46,979 nucleotides of DNA from a virus (lineage: Duplodnaviria; Caudoviricetes), in the IMG/VR virus record IMGVR_UViG_3300011338_000704, positions 1 through 46,979 of that record. One strand, given 5' to 3'. Position numbers and translations under genes: made by a program. The notes beneath the pieces are model-generated. The model was not told the DNA's origin, did no database searches, and saw only the letters and a program-made list of their open reading frames with translations. Below are positions 9,901 through 17,463 of this stretch, piece by piece. Position 1 is the stretch's first letter. The number at the start of each line of letters is the position of its first letter.

Positions 9901-12047
9901 TTGAACACGATGGAGGCGGCCACAGCCTTGGCGTTGGGGTCGCCCGGCAGGCCATGCTGCTTGATGACGCCGATCCAGGTGGACGCGACGAACTGGTGAA
10001 GCCCCAGCGCCGAGCTGGTCTTCGCGCCAATGCTCGGATTGCCGCCGCTCTCGCGCTTGACCAGCCGGGCCTCGTAGCCGTCGGGCAGGTCTCCGCCCCT
10101 CATTTGAGGGGCCGAGGGACGGCTACCACCCACCCCGCGCTCGGCGTTGATGTTGGGGATCGGGAAGCGGGTCAGCACCTCGTCGATGGGAATGTCGAGC
10201 ACCCGCGCCAGGCCGTAATACTGGTCGACGTAGTTGTCGGCGGTGGTCTCGATCTGGCCGATGGTGAAGTCAGGGTCGGCCGCCAGGCGGGCTCCGATCT
10301 CGCTGCGGAGATCGAGGCGGCCCTTGCGCTCGGCCTCGCTCATGTCCTCGCGCGCCTTGCCCTCGGCGGCCAGGGCCTCCATCACGGTCGGCTTGTTCGC
10401 CGCCGCGTCGGCGGCCTCGGCCGACGTCATCTGAAGGTCGCCGGGGGCGAACTTGATGTGCGGCATGAGGGCCTCGCCCGCAGGCGTCTTGACCACCCTG
10501 GTCAGGTAGTCGGCCATCGGCAGCTTGATCTCGCCGCCCTCTGACAGGGCGCGGGCGACCTCACCCGGCGGCAGGCCCATCTCGCGGGCGGCCTCCTCGG
10601 GGTCGACGTTCTGGCTCTGGAAATACTCGCGGAAGGCCGAGGCGGTGATGTAGACGTCCTCGACCGGGCCGTCGCGGGTCAGGTGCTCGGCGTACTCCCG
10701 ATACTTCTCGGGCAGCTCGGCCTTCAGCTTGCTGTCGGGGCCTTCGCCCAGAGACTTCAGGAACTGCTCGCGGGCCTTGGCCTGGTTGGCGAGCTGCTCC
10801 TGCTGGACCGCCTGATAGGTCGCACCGGGGGCGACGACAGCCGCGCCCGTGATGCCGCCGACGACGCCCTCGTTGAGGATACCCTTGGCCACCTCGACCG
10901 GGTTGTCGCCCTTGAAGTCCACGCCGGTCTTCGCCGTGGTGTCGGCCTGCGCCAGCTTGCCGATGAAATACTGGACGGTCGCCTGCATCCCCTCGGTCGA
11001 GCCCTCATAGAAGGCGGCCGGGCCGAGGCGCTCGACCAGCTCCTGAAGGCCGTCGCGGAACGGCTTGTCCATGAGGAGCTGTTTGATCCGACCCGCGTTG
11101 ATCGCGCCCGGCCGGATGCCCGCGAGCTTCAGCTCCTTCGAGAAGGCGAAGGTGTCGAGGCCGGTGGCGATGACGCCGTAGCCGATGGACGCGGCGCGCA
11201 CCACGTCGACCGGGATGGGGTTGCCCTTCTCGTCGCGCATGGCCGAGAAGTCCTCGAAGGCCTCGGCGCTGTTGAGCTTGAAGCTCGGCCCCATCGAGCC
11301 GACGGTCGCGCCCGTGGAGAAGCCGCTGATCGCGCCCGCGACCGTGCCGACACCGGGGACGGCGGAACCGGCGGTCGCGCCGATCATGCCGCCATCGGCT
11401 GCGGCGGGCAGCGATTGGATGAAGACGTGCCCGCTGGACGGCAGGGCGCGGATCACCTGGCCCGCGATGGATTTAGGGGCGGCCTGCGCCGGGTCTCGGC
11501 TGTTGCGCTTGTCGGTCAGCTCGGCGAGCTGGCGCTCCTCGTCCTCCGACAGGGGCTTCTTCAGAATGTTCTTCTTGTAGACCAGCTCGCTGCGGGTGAC
11601 GTCCTCCATGCCCTGCCCCAGGTAGCGGGGGAAGGACGGGATTTCGCCGATGGTGGTCCGCTCTTGCTCGTCGAGGAACTTGCGGCGCTTGCCGGTGATA
11701 TCCGGCATGAGGAAGCCCAGCACGTCGCGCGTCGACTTCTGCGCCTCGCTCATGCTGGAGACCATCGTTTCCAGCCAGGATTGATGCTCACCGTCGTCGT
11801 GGGATACGGCGCTGTTCTGCGGGTCCATAGCCCGCCATTGCTCAGTCCTGACCGCAGCCTTACGGCGACGGTCTTCCTCGGCCCTACGCGCAGCCAGGGC
11901 TCGCGCTTCCACCAGCGCCTGATCGTAGGTCACCGCCTCGCCCGGCGGGGTCACGGCGACGGCCTGGCGGGCCTGTGGGGGCTCAACGCCGGGGATCGGC
12001 GGGGCGGGTTCCGGCTGGTTCGTCAGCCACGGGTTCTTCAAGGGCAT
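927..12047 (-). CDS. Giant (3706 aa) internal virion/DNA-ejection protein with polyvalent effector domains
   Basis: Position of T7 gp16/epsilon15 ejection proteins; lytic transglycosylase motifs (KRESGG, SSALGLHQF, AHFLG), LPD23-like TGW..GPD..WRFEIDD plus HEVQH, HDVFAH domain, ART-like domain, VKKEEL/EEVQSDWHQ domain, glycosylase-like domain, HEGAH zincin. Start placed at the ATG next to the upstream stop. Confidence 0.9.
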   Translation of the reverse strand: MPLKNPWLTNQPEPAPPIPGVEPPQARQAVAVTPPGEAVTYDQALVEARALAARRAEEDRRRKAAVRTEQWRAMDPQNSAVSHDDGEHQSWLETMVSSMSEAQKSTRDVLGFLMPDITGKRRKFLDEQERTTIGEIPSFPRYLGQGMEDVTRSELVYKKNILKKPLSEDEERQLAELTDKRNSRDPAQAAPKSIAGQVIRALPSSGHVFIQSLPAAADGGMIGATAGSAVPGVGTVAGAISGFSTGATVGSMGPSFKLNSAEAFEDFSAMRDEKGNPIPVDVVRAASIGYGVIATGLDTFAFSKELKLAGIRPGAINAGRIKQLLMDKPFRDGLQELVERLGPAAFYEGSTEGMQATVQYFIGKLAQADTTAKTGVDFKGDNPVEVAKGILNEGVVGGITGAAVVAPGATYQAVQQEQLANQAKAREQFLKSLGEGPDSKLKAELPEKYREYAEHLTRDGPVEDVYITASAFREYFQSQNVDPEEAAREMGLPPGEVARALSEGGEIKLPMADYLTRVVKTPAGEALMPHIKFAPGDLQMTSAEAADAAANKPTVMEALAAEGKAREDMSEAERKGRLDLRSEIGARLAADPDFTIGQIETTADNYVDQYYGLARVLDIPIDEVLTRFPIPNINAERGVGGSRPSAPQMRGGDLPDGYEARLVKRESGGNPSIGAKTSSALGLHQFVASTWIGVIKQHGLPGDPNAKAVAASIVFKDGRPLIVNEAQRALLARRTNAADSTAAFRAFTADNAKFLRGVLGRDPSAGELYTAHFLGNGGAQTLLKADDNAIARDLKGLKAAAAANTTIFYEGKGKDRRPRTVAEVKANLFATFEGVDAPAAGGEQMVAGPGAADTPIPDGPQAPEMGPGGETFDQFAGRKALTADMGKLRVAQLLEKRDASPEQIWKDTGWIRGPDQQWRFEIDDSQAVMKPDALDRFIRDDMRQQLVANPRLRTSDERIALAKEPPLTLGDVMEHEALFAAYPKLRNIPILAEAMPKGSLGAFDPSTGEIAVSQRQTVDGPIATILHEVQHVIQALEGFAGGAGPNETELRRQGYAEALDATINDMVATYPPAQQAAARKRIEGMGEAVYDTYFRSEGEIEARNTAEARLDMDGETRRAIFPDLTRDVRRGRGHVVKAPTDLSGRYLDALPNPTTRVLANAYRAKFGRTREAPLAPVEPDEGMMMRFADEFDAQISKPTDPAVIASYEAAASEVEEQAHFIVGHLVLERWNGTGEPYPNSTAMIEDVLLRGHFYFLPTERESFGAGNPEDMNHPFLRETELTDSNGTPLLVNDLFRIVHDVFAHTTGGAGFGPKGELNAFLEHASMFSDAALPAVAAETLMQNAWVNYGQHLRRPDGTLPKRGDSDYVGLADRRFSDQKAFLAPQWVLREVFQLQERSDREGRYREQEAALLGEYNRLREGQGLAPDATRIEPLAGPDGRVTLTHWGRRKNLKALDPRRWGDNATILTREERNAVENDDVPRRTYYGVDVGQPWGYEREDGLGPHRYTARIEADRLYDFDADPDGLKAKVVELVESGEWSRAERGSAYERVIADAGYAGYWSRHANLKMVAVVFERLAADYQGNGETTFYQEDVFYSGLGRAIEQAQTKKAPAAQWIATLQKTPGVKKEELEWSGVLDWLAGIEGPVEREALLAFVNSNGVAVEVLELGGGATNGADQVYDNGDGTYSLRTFSEERYDDTDYDSREEAELAAEEAAQRATQFSRYKLPGADDTYRELLFRLPNIDGPATHWDQSNVAAHARTTIRTDAEGNRVLFVEEVQSDWHQKGREQGYRSEASQEARAEAEENYRVARGLQIEAERAVMEVSQRDFSAEIQKEATYILGGSGSFAQLTYRNQLDVARRVLRRPEGNPAVEAALAQANLRVSEVDQQLDRLARGIPDAPFRTGWPALVMKRLIRYAVDQNLDRIAWTTGDQIGPIVFANSPEQRAGLNAFYGRNLVNIVNDLTKKYGVRVADVLVKVPNGPRPPESTAARAAFREALQAGETNAARLDQLQAADEALQEVSAQPGFTITPALADAARGGFTLFQREGGTEPTNDQVNAKAQELAKTVPGLKRVLRYLKPDEKAKLRKDTAAKMMKIISDLPAAEEMASVAFSGRAKRGWYEDSANALLEVFGLEDAPRFAALLAALSPQTSVEDNLANALRVWTAWDKAGRPTDRDQIVDLMGKNVQGTGTVESVLPSWINNSVTALTTEAPADIQLSGPKVNSFMLNLVGVVDEVTNDAWMANYALVDQAMFSKTGQTPGKGAGYIAMNALVRKAAEIVSKRLGEAWTPAEVQETVWSWARTLYVNRDKAGGTATTKDILAAGGLTHEDIGDTPDFALLFLNGIYSKILREGGYGDKLENLGSRGRAPRSTGGVGDATSPEGSGIDEATFRRHLERAAQRLEQLRTQRAQDAARKRVEAANPSTLAQREDGGGPGIRRGSIQMDRANFGKGVSSTVNLFVDRNLTTALHEGAHFFLEAMISTVRDGTATPLMVDMVNDLLGWFNVPTVDDIGRREHEMYAEAYEQYLYEGVAPAPRLRGQFSRIRVWMVAAYAKMGGRRLDVTDEVRSVFDRLLASQSEVEEARAMQGLEPLFADPASAGMDPVLAEAYQTVARRAKADADDEAAREIMAAVSREQKAWYRGERERVRAEVAAELAEDPGYQALDWLSRGKWIGAEQPTDLEPFKLSRPIIVSEYGADQLKAFPPSFGKVYAAEGVHPDFAAELFGFESGQALFDDWKGKPRRSDAVEQETDRRMLERYGDPMTDGTLPDVATDAVHNVSQQRLIELELEHLQGRPAFKGLRAAAERQAEDRTIKDLAGYDRHLANERRAANEAQRAFRAKDLTAAAQAKFRQLVAFHAWTVSRAAAKEVEKGQNLFGRVVGGKADRVAAARNMDYVMAARAILAAYGVGKASQNPLAYMAMIREYDPETAAMLEPEVLALLPTQPRTLESLTLNEFRGLAETVKSLYALSRKLKTIEIEGRVMELDAAALELGEQIFAVSKMPGGFEPTTSTSDGEKLLRGAAGIRNSIRRVESWARRMDGGTVGPFTRLLWRPISAAADDYRALSGDLRTRYAALLEMIRPTLTWKKISAPELGHVFADKSELLHAILHTGNESNKRKLLLGGSGKGGWVQLDENGEMQTGPWDNMIRRMADEGILTKADFDFAQAVWDLLDSTKPGAQRAHRKIVGRYFDEVTANEVQTPFGPYRGGYVPALADPTKVVDAGLRAEIESAVDGGGASMFPTTPRGFTKGRVENYTKPLALDLRLLAQHLDKVAMFTHLAAPVKDASRLLMHSDVREPLGQHDPAAMTDMLIPWLERTSRQIVQTPTRGLGGKLGDRFFASIRSRTGQQTMLGNVVNALQQLTGFTVAATLVKPTSLAKGLVTMMTSPAETAAAIAEASPMMKERMSAQTMEAAYGIEAILLRPNLYTATRQFVGKHAYFLQHALQNVVDTAVWVGAHGEALERGATDVEASKRADAVIRQTQGSLNPEDMSRWESGPAIARLFTQFASYFNMQSNLLLTEGGQALRDRNYARLAWVYMMGFAVPALMAEAIKIALRGEIADDEDDGWLDEWLDWFVGSQFRGATAMVPVVGPAINASANAFNDKPFDDKLSLSPGVSAVDSAIRTPKNIAQLMAGEGDWSRTAKDTLTLMGLAIGIPVGALNRPLGYGIDVMEGDVVPTDPLDAVRGAVTGAPSEASRQ
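4784..4975 (-). CDS. Nested overprinted 63-aa ORF (+1 frame) inside the giant gene
   Basis: GGGAGG Shine-Dalgarno 6 nt before ATG; MATNSKISEAVDALLAQQEVSETRRAPKDRALMKLLSG...; host-frame third positions become A/T-rich; the stop depends on a GTA Val codon in the host frame. Confidence 0.6.
   Translation of the reverse strand: MATNSKISEAVDALLAQQEVSETRRAPKDRALMKLLSGDTSSAPPSGSSSSARSGRRTPRASA
7724..7882 (-). CDS. Nested overprinted ~52-aa ORF (+1 frame) inside the giant gene
   Basis: GTG at 7882 (alternative ATG at 7948); MKSSNSKSDPTAKAVTASKRPRSSESIIAFEKAKALHLMQRELSP...; about half of host-frame codons end in A/T; TAA stop again created by a GTA Val codon; SD weak. Confidence 0.45.
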   Translation of the reverse strand: MKSSNSKSDPTAKAVTASKRPRSSESIIAFEKAKALHLMQRELSPSRDRTDG

Positions 12048-12048
12048 G

Positions 12049-13839
12049 TCAGCGCGGCCCACCAGCGAGGCCGGTCGATCCTTTGCGCTTGCCAGCGTAC
12101 CGCTCGGCGAGGTTCTCCCCGCGCACATAGGCCGTGAAGGCCTCCTCGATCTCGCTGGGGGTCATGGTGATGAAGTCCTCGGCCATTGCCCGCTTGAAGT
12201 AGTCGGGAACGCGGCGGAAGGGCAAGGCCGGTTTGCCGTCGGCCATGTTGCCGACGATCTGGCTGGCCCATTCGCGGTCGGGCTTCACGTCGGCCTTCGG
12301 GTCGACCTTGCCGCCGGGCGGGGTCAGGGCCTTCAGCGCCCCGGCGTACAGGTCTCGGTCGCCCGCGTAGAGCTGGCCAGCGTCGGACAGGGCGAAGTAT
12401 TCCTCGCCCTCGCCCCGGCTGGTGATCCGCGCCACGATGGCCTTGATCTGGGCAGGGTTGGGCGGGGTCTTGTTGTCCTCGATCCAGGCGGCCACCTCGA
12501 CGGCGGCCATCGTGCGAACCTGCGCCTCCATCGCCGCCTTCTTCGGCCCCTTGCGCGCCTTGCCGTCGGCCATGATCTGGGCCGTAGCCAGGCTGGCGAT
12601 CTCGTTGACCGCGCCGACGTGAGACTTGCTCGCCAGCTCGGTGCCTTTGTCGAAGCGGTCGAGCAGCTTGATCCGGTCGTCGGGGCTGACCTTCAGGTCG
12701 ATAATGTCCTGGCGGTTGAGCCTGGCAAACTCCCTTGGGTCCATCGTCCGGTAGGCTTGGTAGACGGGGCTGTCGTTGGCGATAGGCGCACTCTCCCAGG
12801 CCACCAGCTCGTCGGTGAAGCCGTACTTGTCGGCGTCCAGCCTGTCCTCGGGGGTGAGCTGCTCGCGGCGGGCCATCTTGGCTTCCAGGCGGTTCTTGAC
12901 CTGCACCGCCTGGTTCTGGGCGTCCCGGCGGTAGATCGACACCCGGCGCTGGTACTGCTCACTGACCTGTTGCGCCAGCACGGGGTCTTTGATCTTGGCG
13001 ATCCCCGCCTCGACGTCCATCGTCTCCCCGCTGGTGACCCACAGGTCGAACAGTTGGTTACCCGCATCGCGCCCTTTGGCGAAGGTGTCCATCTTGGCGA
13101 AGTCAGACTTGGCGCTGGCGTAGTCGACCGGGTTGAAGTCCCGCTTGTTGGCTTCCAGGTAGGCCGCCGCGCCCTCGTAGTCCTGCCGGGCCTTGTATCC
13201 AGACAGGACGGTGTTGTGAACGCCGGTCATGCCGTCACGCACGAAGGCGGTTGCGGCCTCACTGTCAGGGCCGCCAAGGCCACGGCGCTTCGCCAGCCCC
13301 CACAGCTCGGAGCGGGCCGTCGCCACCCGGTAGCCGCGCTCGTTCTCGTCGGGCGACATGGCCGCCACTTGCGCGTCGGTGCTGACCTTCCCGAAGGCCA
13401 CGGCCTCGTCGTACTTGGTCCGCTCGTTCGTCTCGATCCGCGACAGCTCGCCGTTGACCTGTTGGCGTCGGGCCGCGAGCTGGTCGCGGATCATCTGCTG
13501 CTGGCGGCTGTTCTGCGCCGCCCCGGCCACCCGGCCATCGAGATCGTCGAACGCCTTGACCGTATCCGGCATGGCGTCGAGGTAGTCCTTGCCCTGCTTT
13601 CCGACGATGCCGGTCGGGCCGTACTTGAGCTGTAGCGCCTCTTGATCCCAGCTCGTCAGGGCCTCGCGCACGACCGTCTCGTCATGCTCGGCCAGCTTCT
13701 GCTCGGCGAACGCCCCGAGGTTGCCCGCGAGCTGCGCCACGGCGCGGGCCGGGGCGGTGTTGGCGGTGACCTCCTGCACGCCCAGAGGCTGCGTCTGGAC
13801 GCGGTTGGGCTGGTACTGAGGGATGACGGCGCGAGGCAC
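12049..13839 (-). CDS. Internal virion/ejection protein (gp15-like position)
   Basis: 596 aa, helical Ala/Gln-rich, N-terminal MPR..PQY; lies between the small ejection protein and the giant protein. Confidence 0.75.
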   Translation of the reverse strand: MPRAVIPQYQPNRVQTQPLGVQEVTANTAPARAVAQLAGNLGAFAEQKLAEHDETVVREALTSWDQEALQLKYGPTGIVGKQGKDYLDAMPDTVKAFDDLDGRVAGAAQNSRQQQMIRDQLAARRQQVNGELSRIETNERTKYDEAVAFGKVSTDAQVAAMSPDENERGYRVATARSELWGLAKRRGLGGPDSEAATAFVRDGMTGVHNTVLSGYKARQDYEGAAAYLEANKRDFNPVDYASAKSDFAKMDTFAKGRDAGNQLFDLWVTSGETMDVEAGIAKIKDPVLAQQVSEQYQRRVSIYRRDAQNQAVQVKNRLEAKMARREQLTPEDRLDADKYGFTDELVAWESAPIANDSPVYQAYRTMDPREFARLNRQDIIDLKVSPDDRIKLLDRFDKGTELASKSHVGAVNEIASLATAQIMADGKARKGPKKAAMEAQVRTMAAVEVAAWIEDNKTPPNPAQIKAIVARITSRGEGEEYFALSDAGQLYAGDRDLYAGALKALTPPGGKVDPKADVKPDREWASQIVGNMADGKPALPFRRVPDYFKRAMAEDFITMTPSEIEEAFTAYVRGENLAERYAGKRKGSTGLAGGPR

Positions 13840-14504
13840 TAGCGGACCCCCATGTAGGGCCGCGAGATCGGCGTGTAGCTGGTCGGGGCCTTGTAGCTGG
13901 CCGGGGTCGGCTTGACGGCCCCCATGTCCAGACCGCCGTTCCGCGAGGCCAGCTTGCTGAAGCTCCCCAGCAGGCTGTCGACTGCGCCGATGTAGCCGGT
14001 CGTCACGGCGGCCTGCGCCTCGTTGCCGTAGTTGGCGGCGCTCACCAGGTACTTGTCGCGCTCGCGGTCGGCGTTGACCGCCATGCGCTCGGCGTCCTCG
14101 CGGGCCAGGAGAGTGGTGTCGATCTGGGCGTCGAGCGGCGAGCCGAAGGCGGCGTCGAGCCCGGCGGCCGATGCCCCGGCGATCTGCTCACCACGCAGGG
14201 CGGCGACCTGGCGGTAGAAGGCGCGGCTCTCCTCCTCATGCCGGGCGGTGACGTCGTTGGCCGCTTGCGTGGCCTGGTTCTGCATGGCGCGGGCGGCGTT
14301 GGCCTGCTGCTGGCCAGCGTAGATCGAGGCCCCGGCCCCAACCACGGCCGATCCAACCTGCACGGCGGTCATCACGCCCGACATGGCGGTGCCAGCGGTG
14401 CCAGCGGCCCCGCCGATCCCGACGGCCGAGCCGACACCGGCAACGGCCGAGCCTATGGCTCCGAAGGCGCTTCCGATGGCAGGGAAGATTGCGGGCCAGC
14501 ACAT
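13839..14504 (-). CDS. Small internal virion/ejection protein (T7 gp14-like)
   Basis: Starts MCWP, followed by a Gly/Ala hydrophobic stretch and ASAAGLDAAFGSPLD motif; start re-assigned to the ATG at 14504. Confidence 0.78.
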   Translation of the reverse strand: MCWPAIFPAIGSAFGAIGSAVAGVGSAVGIGGAAGTAGTAMSGVMTAVQVGSAVVGAGASIYAGQQQANAARAMQNQATQAANDVTARHEEESRAFYRQVAALRGEQIAGASAAGLDAAFGSPLDAQIDTTLLAREDAERMAVNADRERDKYLVSAANYGNEAQAAVTTGYIGAVDSLLGSFSKLASRNGGLDMGAVKPTPASYKAPTSYTPISRPYMGVR

Positions 14505-14956
14505 GGGGGCGGGGCTCTCCAGAAGCGAAGCACGGGGGCTGTCCCTATGTGCAGCAATTCCGGCTCTACCACAAACCCCAGTCGCCGCAGCCACCTGATC
14601 GAGGCGGCGTTGTCGCGGTGGACGTAGTTTTCCAGCCGGGGGCACAGCTCCTCGATCTGGGCGAGGAAGGCCGGGGCCAGGGTCAGGAAGGCGCGGGCGT
14701 TGGCGCGGGCGGTCTCCGTGCCCAGCATCCACGGGCGGCCCTCGCCGGTCAGGAGGCTGGTGCAAACAACGCCAAACATCGCTTCCGGTCGTTGATCGAC
14801 GGTGCCGGTCCACAGGAGATCGGACTGCCGGTATCCCGCGACCAGCGCGCCCTTGGGGGTGAAGCCAGCGATGCGGCACTCCTCGGCGTCGATGGCCCGC
14901 ATCCGCCGGGCGATGGCGTTGACGTCACCCCAGCGGGCCGGGCGGAACTCGATCAC
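14453..14956 (-). CDS. Acetyltransferase-fold virion protein (T7 gp13-like)
   Basis: RMRAIDAEEC, PWMLGT and LENYVHRDNAASIRWLRRLGF motifs; syntenic after the nozzle gene. Confidence 0.8.
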   Translation of the reverse strand: MIEFRPARWGDVNAIARRMRAIDAEECRIAGFTPKGALVAGYRQSDLLWTGTVDQRPEAMFGVVCTSLLTGEGRPWMLGTETARANARAFLTLAPAFLAQIEELCPRLENYVHRDNAASIRWLRRLGFVVEPELLHIGTAPVLRFWRAPPPCAGPQSSLPSEAPSEP

Positions 14957-16809
14957 CCGCCGATCTGCCCTTCGAGCGTGACGCCGATCACGGTCAGCGG
15001 CAGCGGGTTCTTCTGACGGATCACCACGGACGCCCCGGCCCGCCAGTCGCCCGGCGGCAGGCCTTGGGTGTACTGGCCAGAGCGCGGCGGCGGGGCCTCT
15101 CCGGGCGTCTCGTCATCGTCCCGCAGGTTGACCTCGTACAGCTCGCCGCCGATCACGCAGTCGACCGGGCTGTCGGGCGTCGGGCCGTTGACGGCCTTGG
15201 CCGCGCCGATCTCGAAGTTGCGGCTGTCGATCACCGTCACCACCGCCGCCGATGCGGCCTGCGTGCGGGTGGACGTCGAGCCCGAGCCCTGAAGCTGCTG
15301 CACCATCTTGAGGGTCCACAGCCAGGCGTCATAGGGCAGGCCGATCACGACCTCGCTGCCGGTGTGGCCTGCTGGCAGGGTCACCCGGCCATTGGCCACG
15401 GTCAGGGGGCCATGCACCGCACCGTCGGCCACGGCGTAGACCTCGCGGCCCTCCAGGTGCGTGAGCCCGTCGAAGGTGTCCTCGGGCTCGCCGCTGTAGC
15501 GCAGGGCGCTGTCGAGGTAGCAGGCGCTCGCAATCCCCTCGCCGCCGTCAGCCTCGCTCCACAGGGGGCTGGTCAGGCGCTCGACCATGCGGCGGGTCTC
15601 GCCCCCGATCTGGCGGGCCACGGCGATGTAGAGGGTGTCGATCCCGTCCTCGAAGACCACGGCGCAGCTCTCGACCACGCCGTCGGTCTCGCACAGGGAC
15701 CAGCCCCAGACCTCCTGCTCGGCCAGCCAGGTCAGGGCCAGCAGCTTGCCGTCGGAGCGGACGCACCAGAGCGTGCCGGTGGGGTGCTCGGCCCAGGCCA
15801 TCTGCACGATATCGTAGGGCTTGAACAGGTGCCGGGCGTAGACGGTGATATCGTTGCCCTTGTAGCCATCGGCCTCGAACTGGAAGCCCAGCGTGCGGAC
15901 CCCGCCCCCCTTCTTGGGGACGAACATGGCCAGGTTCTCGTCGAGCAGCACCGGCCGCACCTTCGAGGAGCCGCGATAGCCGCTGTTGTCGATCTGGATG
16001 GAGGTGGGCGTGATGAAGCCGTCGGTGCCCGACAGCGCCTTGACCGAGGTGTCGGTCAGCACGATCAGCTCCTTCATGGGGAGCATGTGCTGGATGATGT
16101 TCTTCTGACGGCCGACCATGCTGAAGGTGTAGGCGTCGTTCGCCTGAAGCGGCCGGGTGACGTTCAGGTTCTCAAACTCGCTGGAGCGCGAGCCGAAGAT
16201 GGCGGAGGGCTTCTCCAGCGTGCGGCCCCAGACGGTGCGCTGCTCGAAGAAGGTCACGCACCCCGGATACTTGTTCTCGGCGTTGAACGGGGTGCGCTCG
16301 CGGGGCGGCGTGATCGAATAGTCGGGGTCGATGTACTCGTCGACGAACTCCGCATCATCGCTGGAGCCGATGAAGCCGAAGGTGCCGTTCACGAACTTGT
16401 AGGCGTTGTAGTATTCGGCGTTGGTGACGGCGTCCCAGGTCAGCGTGTTGCTGTTCGTCGGGATGGCCAGGTCGTTCTCGTCGTCCGTCTGCACGACCGC
16501 CGACACCAGGCTCTCGGAGCCCGTGGTCGCGTCGACCGCCGTGACCGCATAGAAGTGATGGACCGGCCGCCAGCCGCTGGGGCTGGCGTTGCGGTTGGCG
16601 ATGACCACCAGGCCGGTCGGCGTCGTGGTGCGCGTGCCGAAGGTGACCGCCTCCAGCAGCCAGCTCGTATCGCTGTAGCGGACGAGCTTGTGCGGCGGGT
16701 GGTCGACGTGGGCCAGATAGACCACGTCCTGGCTCTCCTCGAAGCCAACGCTCGGCAGCTCCTCGGCGGTGTAGGGGCTGGAGCGGTGATAGATGCGGCG
16801 AGCGCCCAT
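14953..16809 (-). CDS. Tail tubular protein B/nozzle, C-terminal part
   Basis: YPGCVTFFEQRTVWG, SRSSEFEN, EQEVWGWS, YLDSA and GLTHLEGREV motifs typical of podovirus nozzle proteins. Confidence 0.88.
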   Translation of the reverse strand: MGARRIYHRSSPYTAEELPSVGFEESQDVVYLAHVDHPPHKLVRYSDTSWLLEAVTFGTRTTTPTGLVVIANRNASPSGWRPVHHFYAVTAVDATTGSESLVSAVVQTDDENDLAIPTNSNTLTWDAVTNAEYYNAYKFVNGTFGFIGSSDDAEFVDEYIDPDYSITPPRERTPFNAENKYPGCVTFFEQRTVWGRTLEKPSAIFGSRSSEFENLNVTRPLQANDAYTFSMVGRQKNIIQHMLPMKELIVLTDTSVKALSGTDGFITPTSIQIDNSGYRGSSKVRPVLLDENLAMFVPKKGGGVRTLGFQFEADGYKGNDITVYARHLFKPYDIVQMAWAEHPTGTLWCVRSDGKLLALTWLAEQEVWGWSLCETDGVVESCAVVFEDGIDTLYIAVARQIGGETRRMVERLTSPLWSEADGGEGIASACYLDSALRYSGEPEDTFDGLTHLEGREVYAVADGAVHGPLTVANGRVTLPAGHTGSEVVIGLPYDAWLWTLKMVQQLQGSGSTSTRTQAASAAVVTVIDSRNFEIGAAKAVNGPTPDSPVDCVIGGELYEVNLRDDDETPGEAPPPRSGQYTQGLPPGDWRAGASVVIRQKNPLPLTVIGVTLEGQIGG

Positions 16810-16812
16810 GGG

Positions 16813-17463
16813 TCAGAGCTGTGCTTCGAGGAAGGGGAGGGGGAAGACGGTGTCGGGACGCTCGGGAATGTCGGGCGTCGGCGGGATGGGGTCGCCATCT
16901 TCCGGCGGGGGCGGATCGCCGCCCTCACCGCCGCCCGCATCGCCAGCAACGCCGCCGCCCGAGCCTGTGAACTCGCTCCACTCGCGGCTGTCGATGGCGA
17001 AGGTCACGTCGTCGCCAGACACGGCGATCACCCGCAGCAGTCGGCCGTTGATCTCGGTCATGCCCTCGATCCCGGTGAAGTAGACCTGGTCGCCGACCAC
17101 ATAGCCGCTGGCCGGTATCATGGCCACCATCGGGTTGGACCTTGAGATGCCGGTCACCTCGATCTCGGTCGTCAACACATAGCCGCCGCCCGCGATGACC
17201 CGCAGGCCCAGATCGCTCCACTCGATCACCCGGCTCTCGTCGGCCGACACCTGAAACGACTGAAGCCAGAGCCGCGTGTCGTGCTCGCGGGCCTCGCCCA
17301 CGAACTCGAAGCCCGGCCGCCGGTAGACGCCGCCCTCGGGCAGGATCAGCATGTTGCGGCAGGCGCGCAGGGCCGTCTGGTACTTGGCCGTGTCGTATCG
17401 GGCCGCGACCTGTGGCGACAGCTCACCCCCCGCAAAGGTCGGGAAGTCCGCGCGCGGTAGCAT
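16813..17463 (-). CDS. Tail tubular protein B, N-terminal part, with FCCH-like domain and Gly/Pro tail
   Basis: FAGGELSP..ARYD and NMLILPEGGVYRRPGFEFV match the nozzle N-terminus; GDQVYFTGIEGMTEING is FCCH-like. Confidence 0.85.
   Translation of the reverse strand: MLPRADFPTFAGGELSPQVAARYDTAKYQTALRACRNMLILPEGGVYRRPGFEFVGEAREHDTRLWLQSFQVSADESRVIEWSDLGLRVIAGGGYVLTTEIEVTGISRSNPMVAMIPASGYVVGDQVYFTGIEGMTEINGRLLRVIAVSGDDVTFAIDSREWSEFTGSGGGVAGDAGGGEGGDPPPPEDGDPIPPTPDIPERPDTVFPLPFLEAQL

Noticed and set aside
10095-10112. Perfect 8-bp hairpin GCCCCTCA-TT-TGAGGGGC at the lysozyme domain boundary
   Set aside because: A single short palindrome in GC-rich coding DNA with no U-tract; could be chance.
5856-10544. 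1562-aa plus-strand ORF and other long plus-strand ORFs (1656..4271, 12046..13635, 15064..17145, 19325..21622, 25489..27180)
   Set aside because: Antisense shadows of real minus-strand genes in high-GC DNA; V/G/L/D-rich translations with no recognisable motifs.
11760-11940. Atypical codon usage near the giant gene's 5' end
   Set aside because: The alternative frame lacks a credible start or SD; probably just a variable segment.
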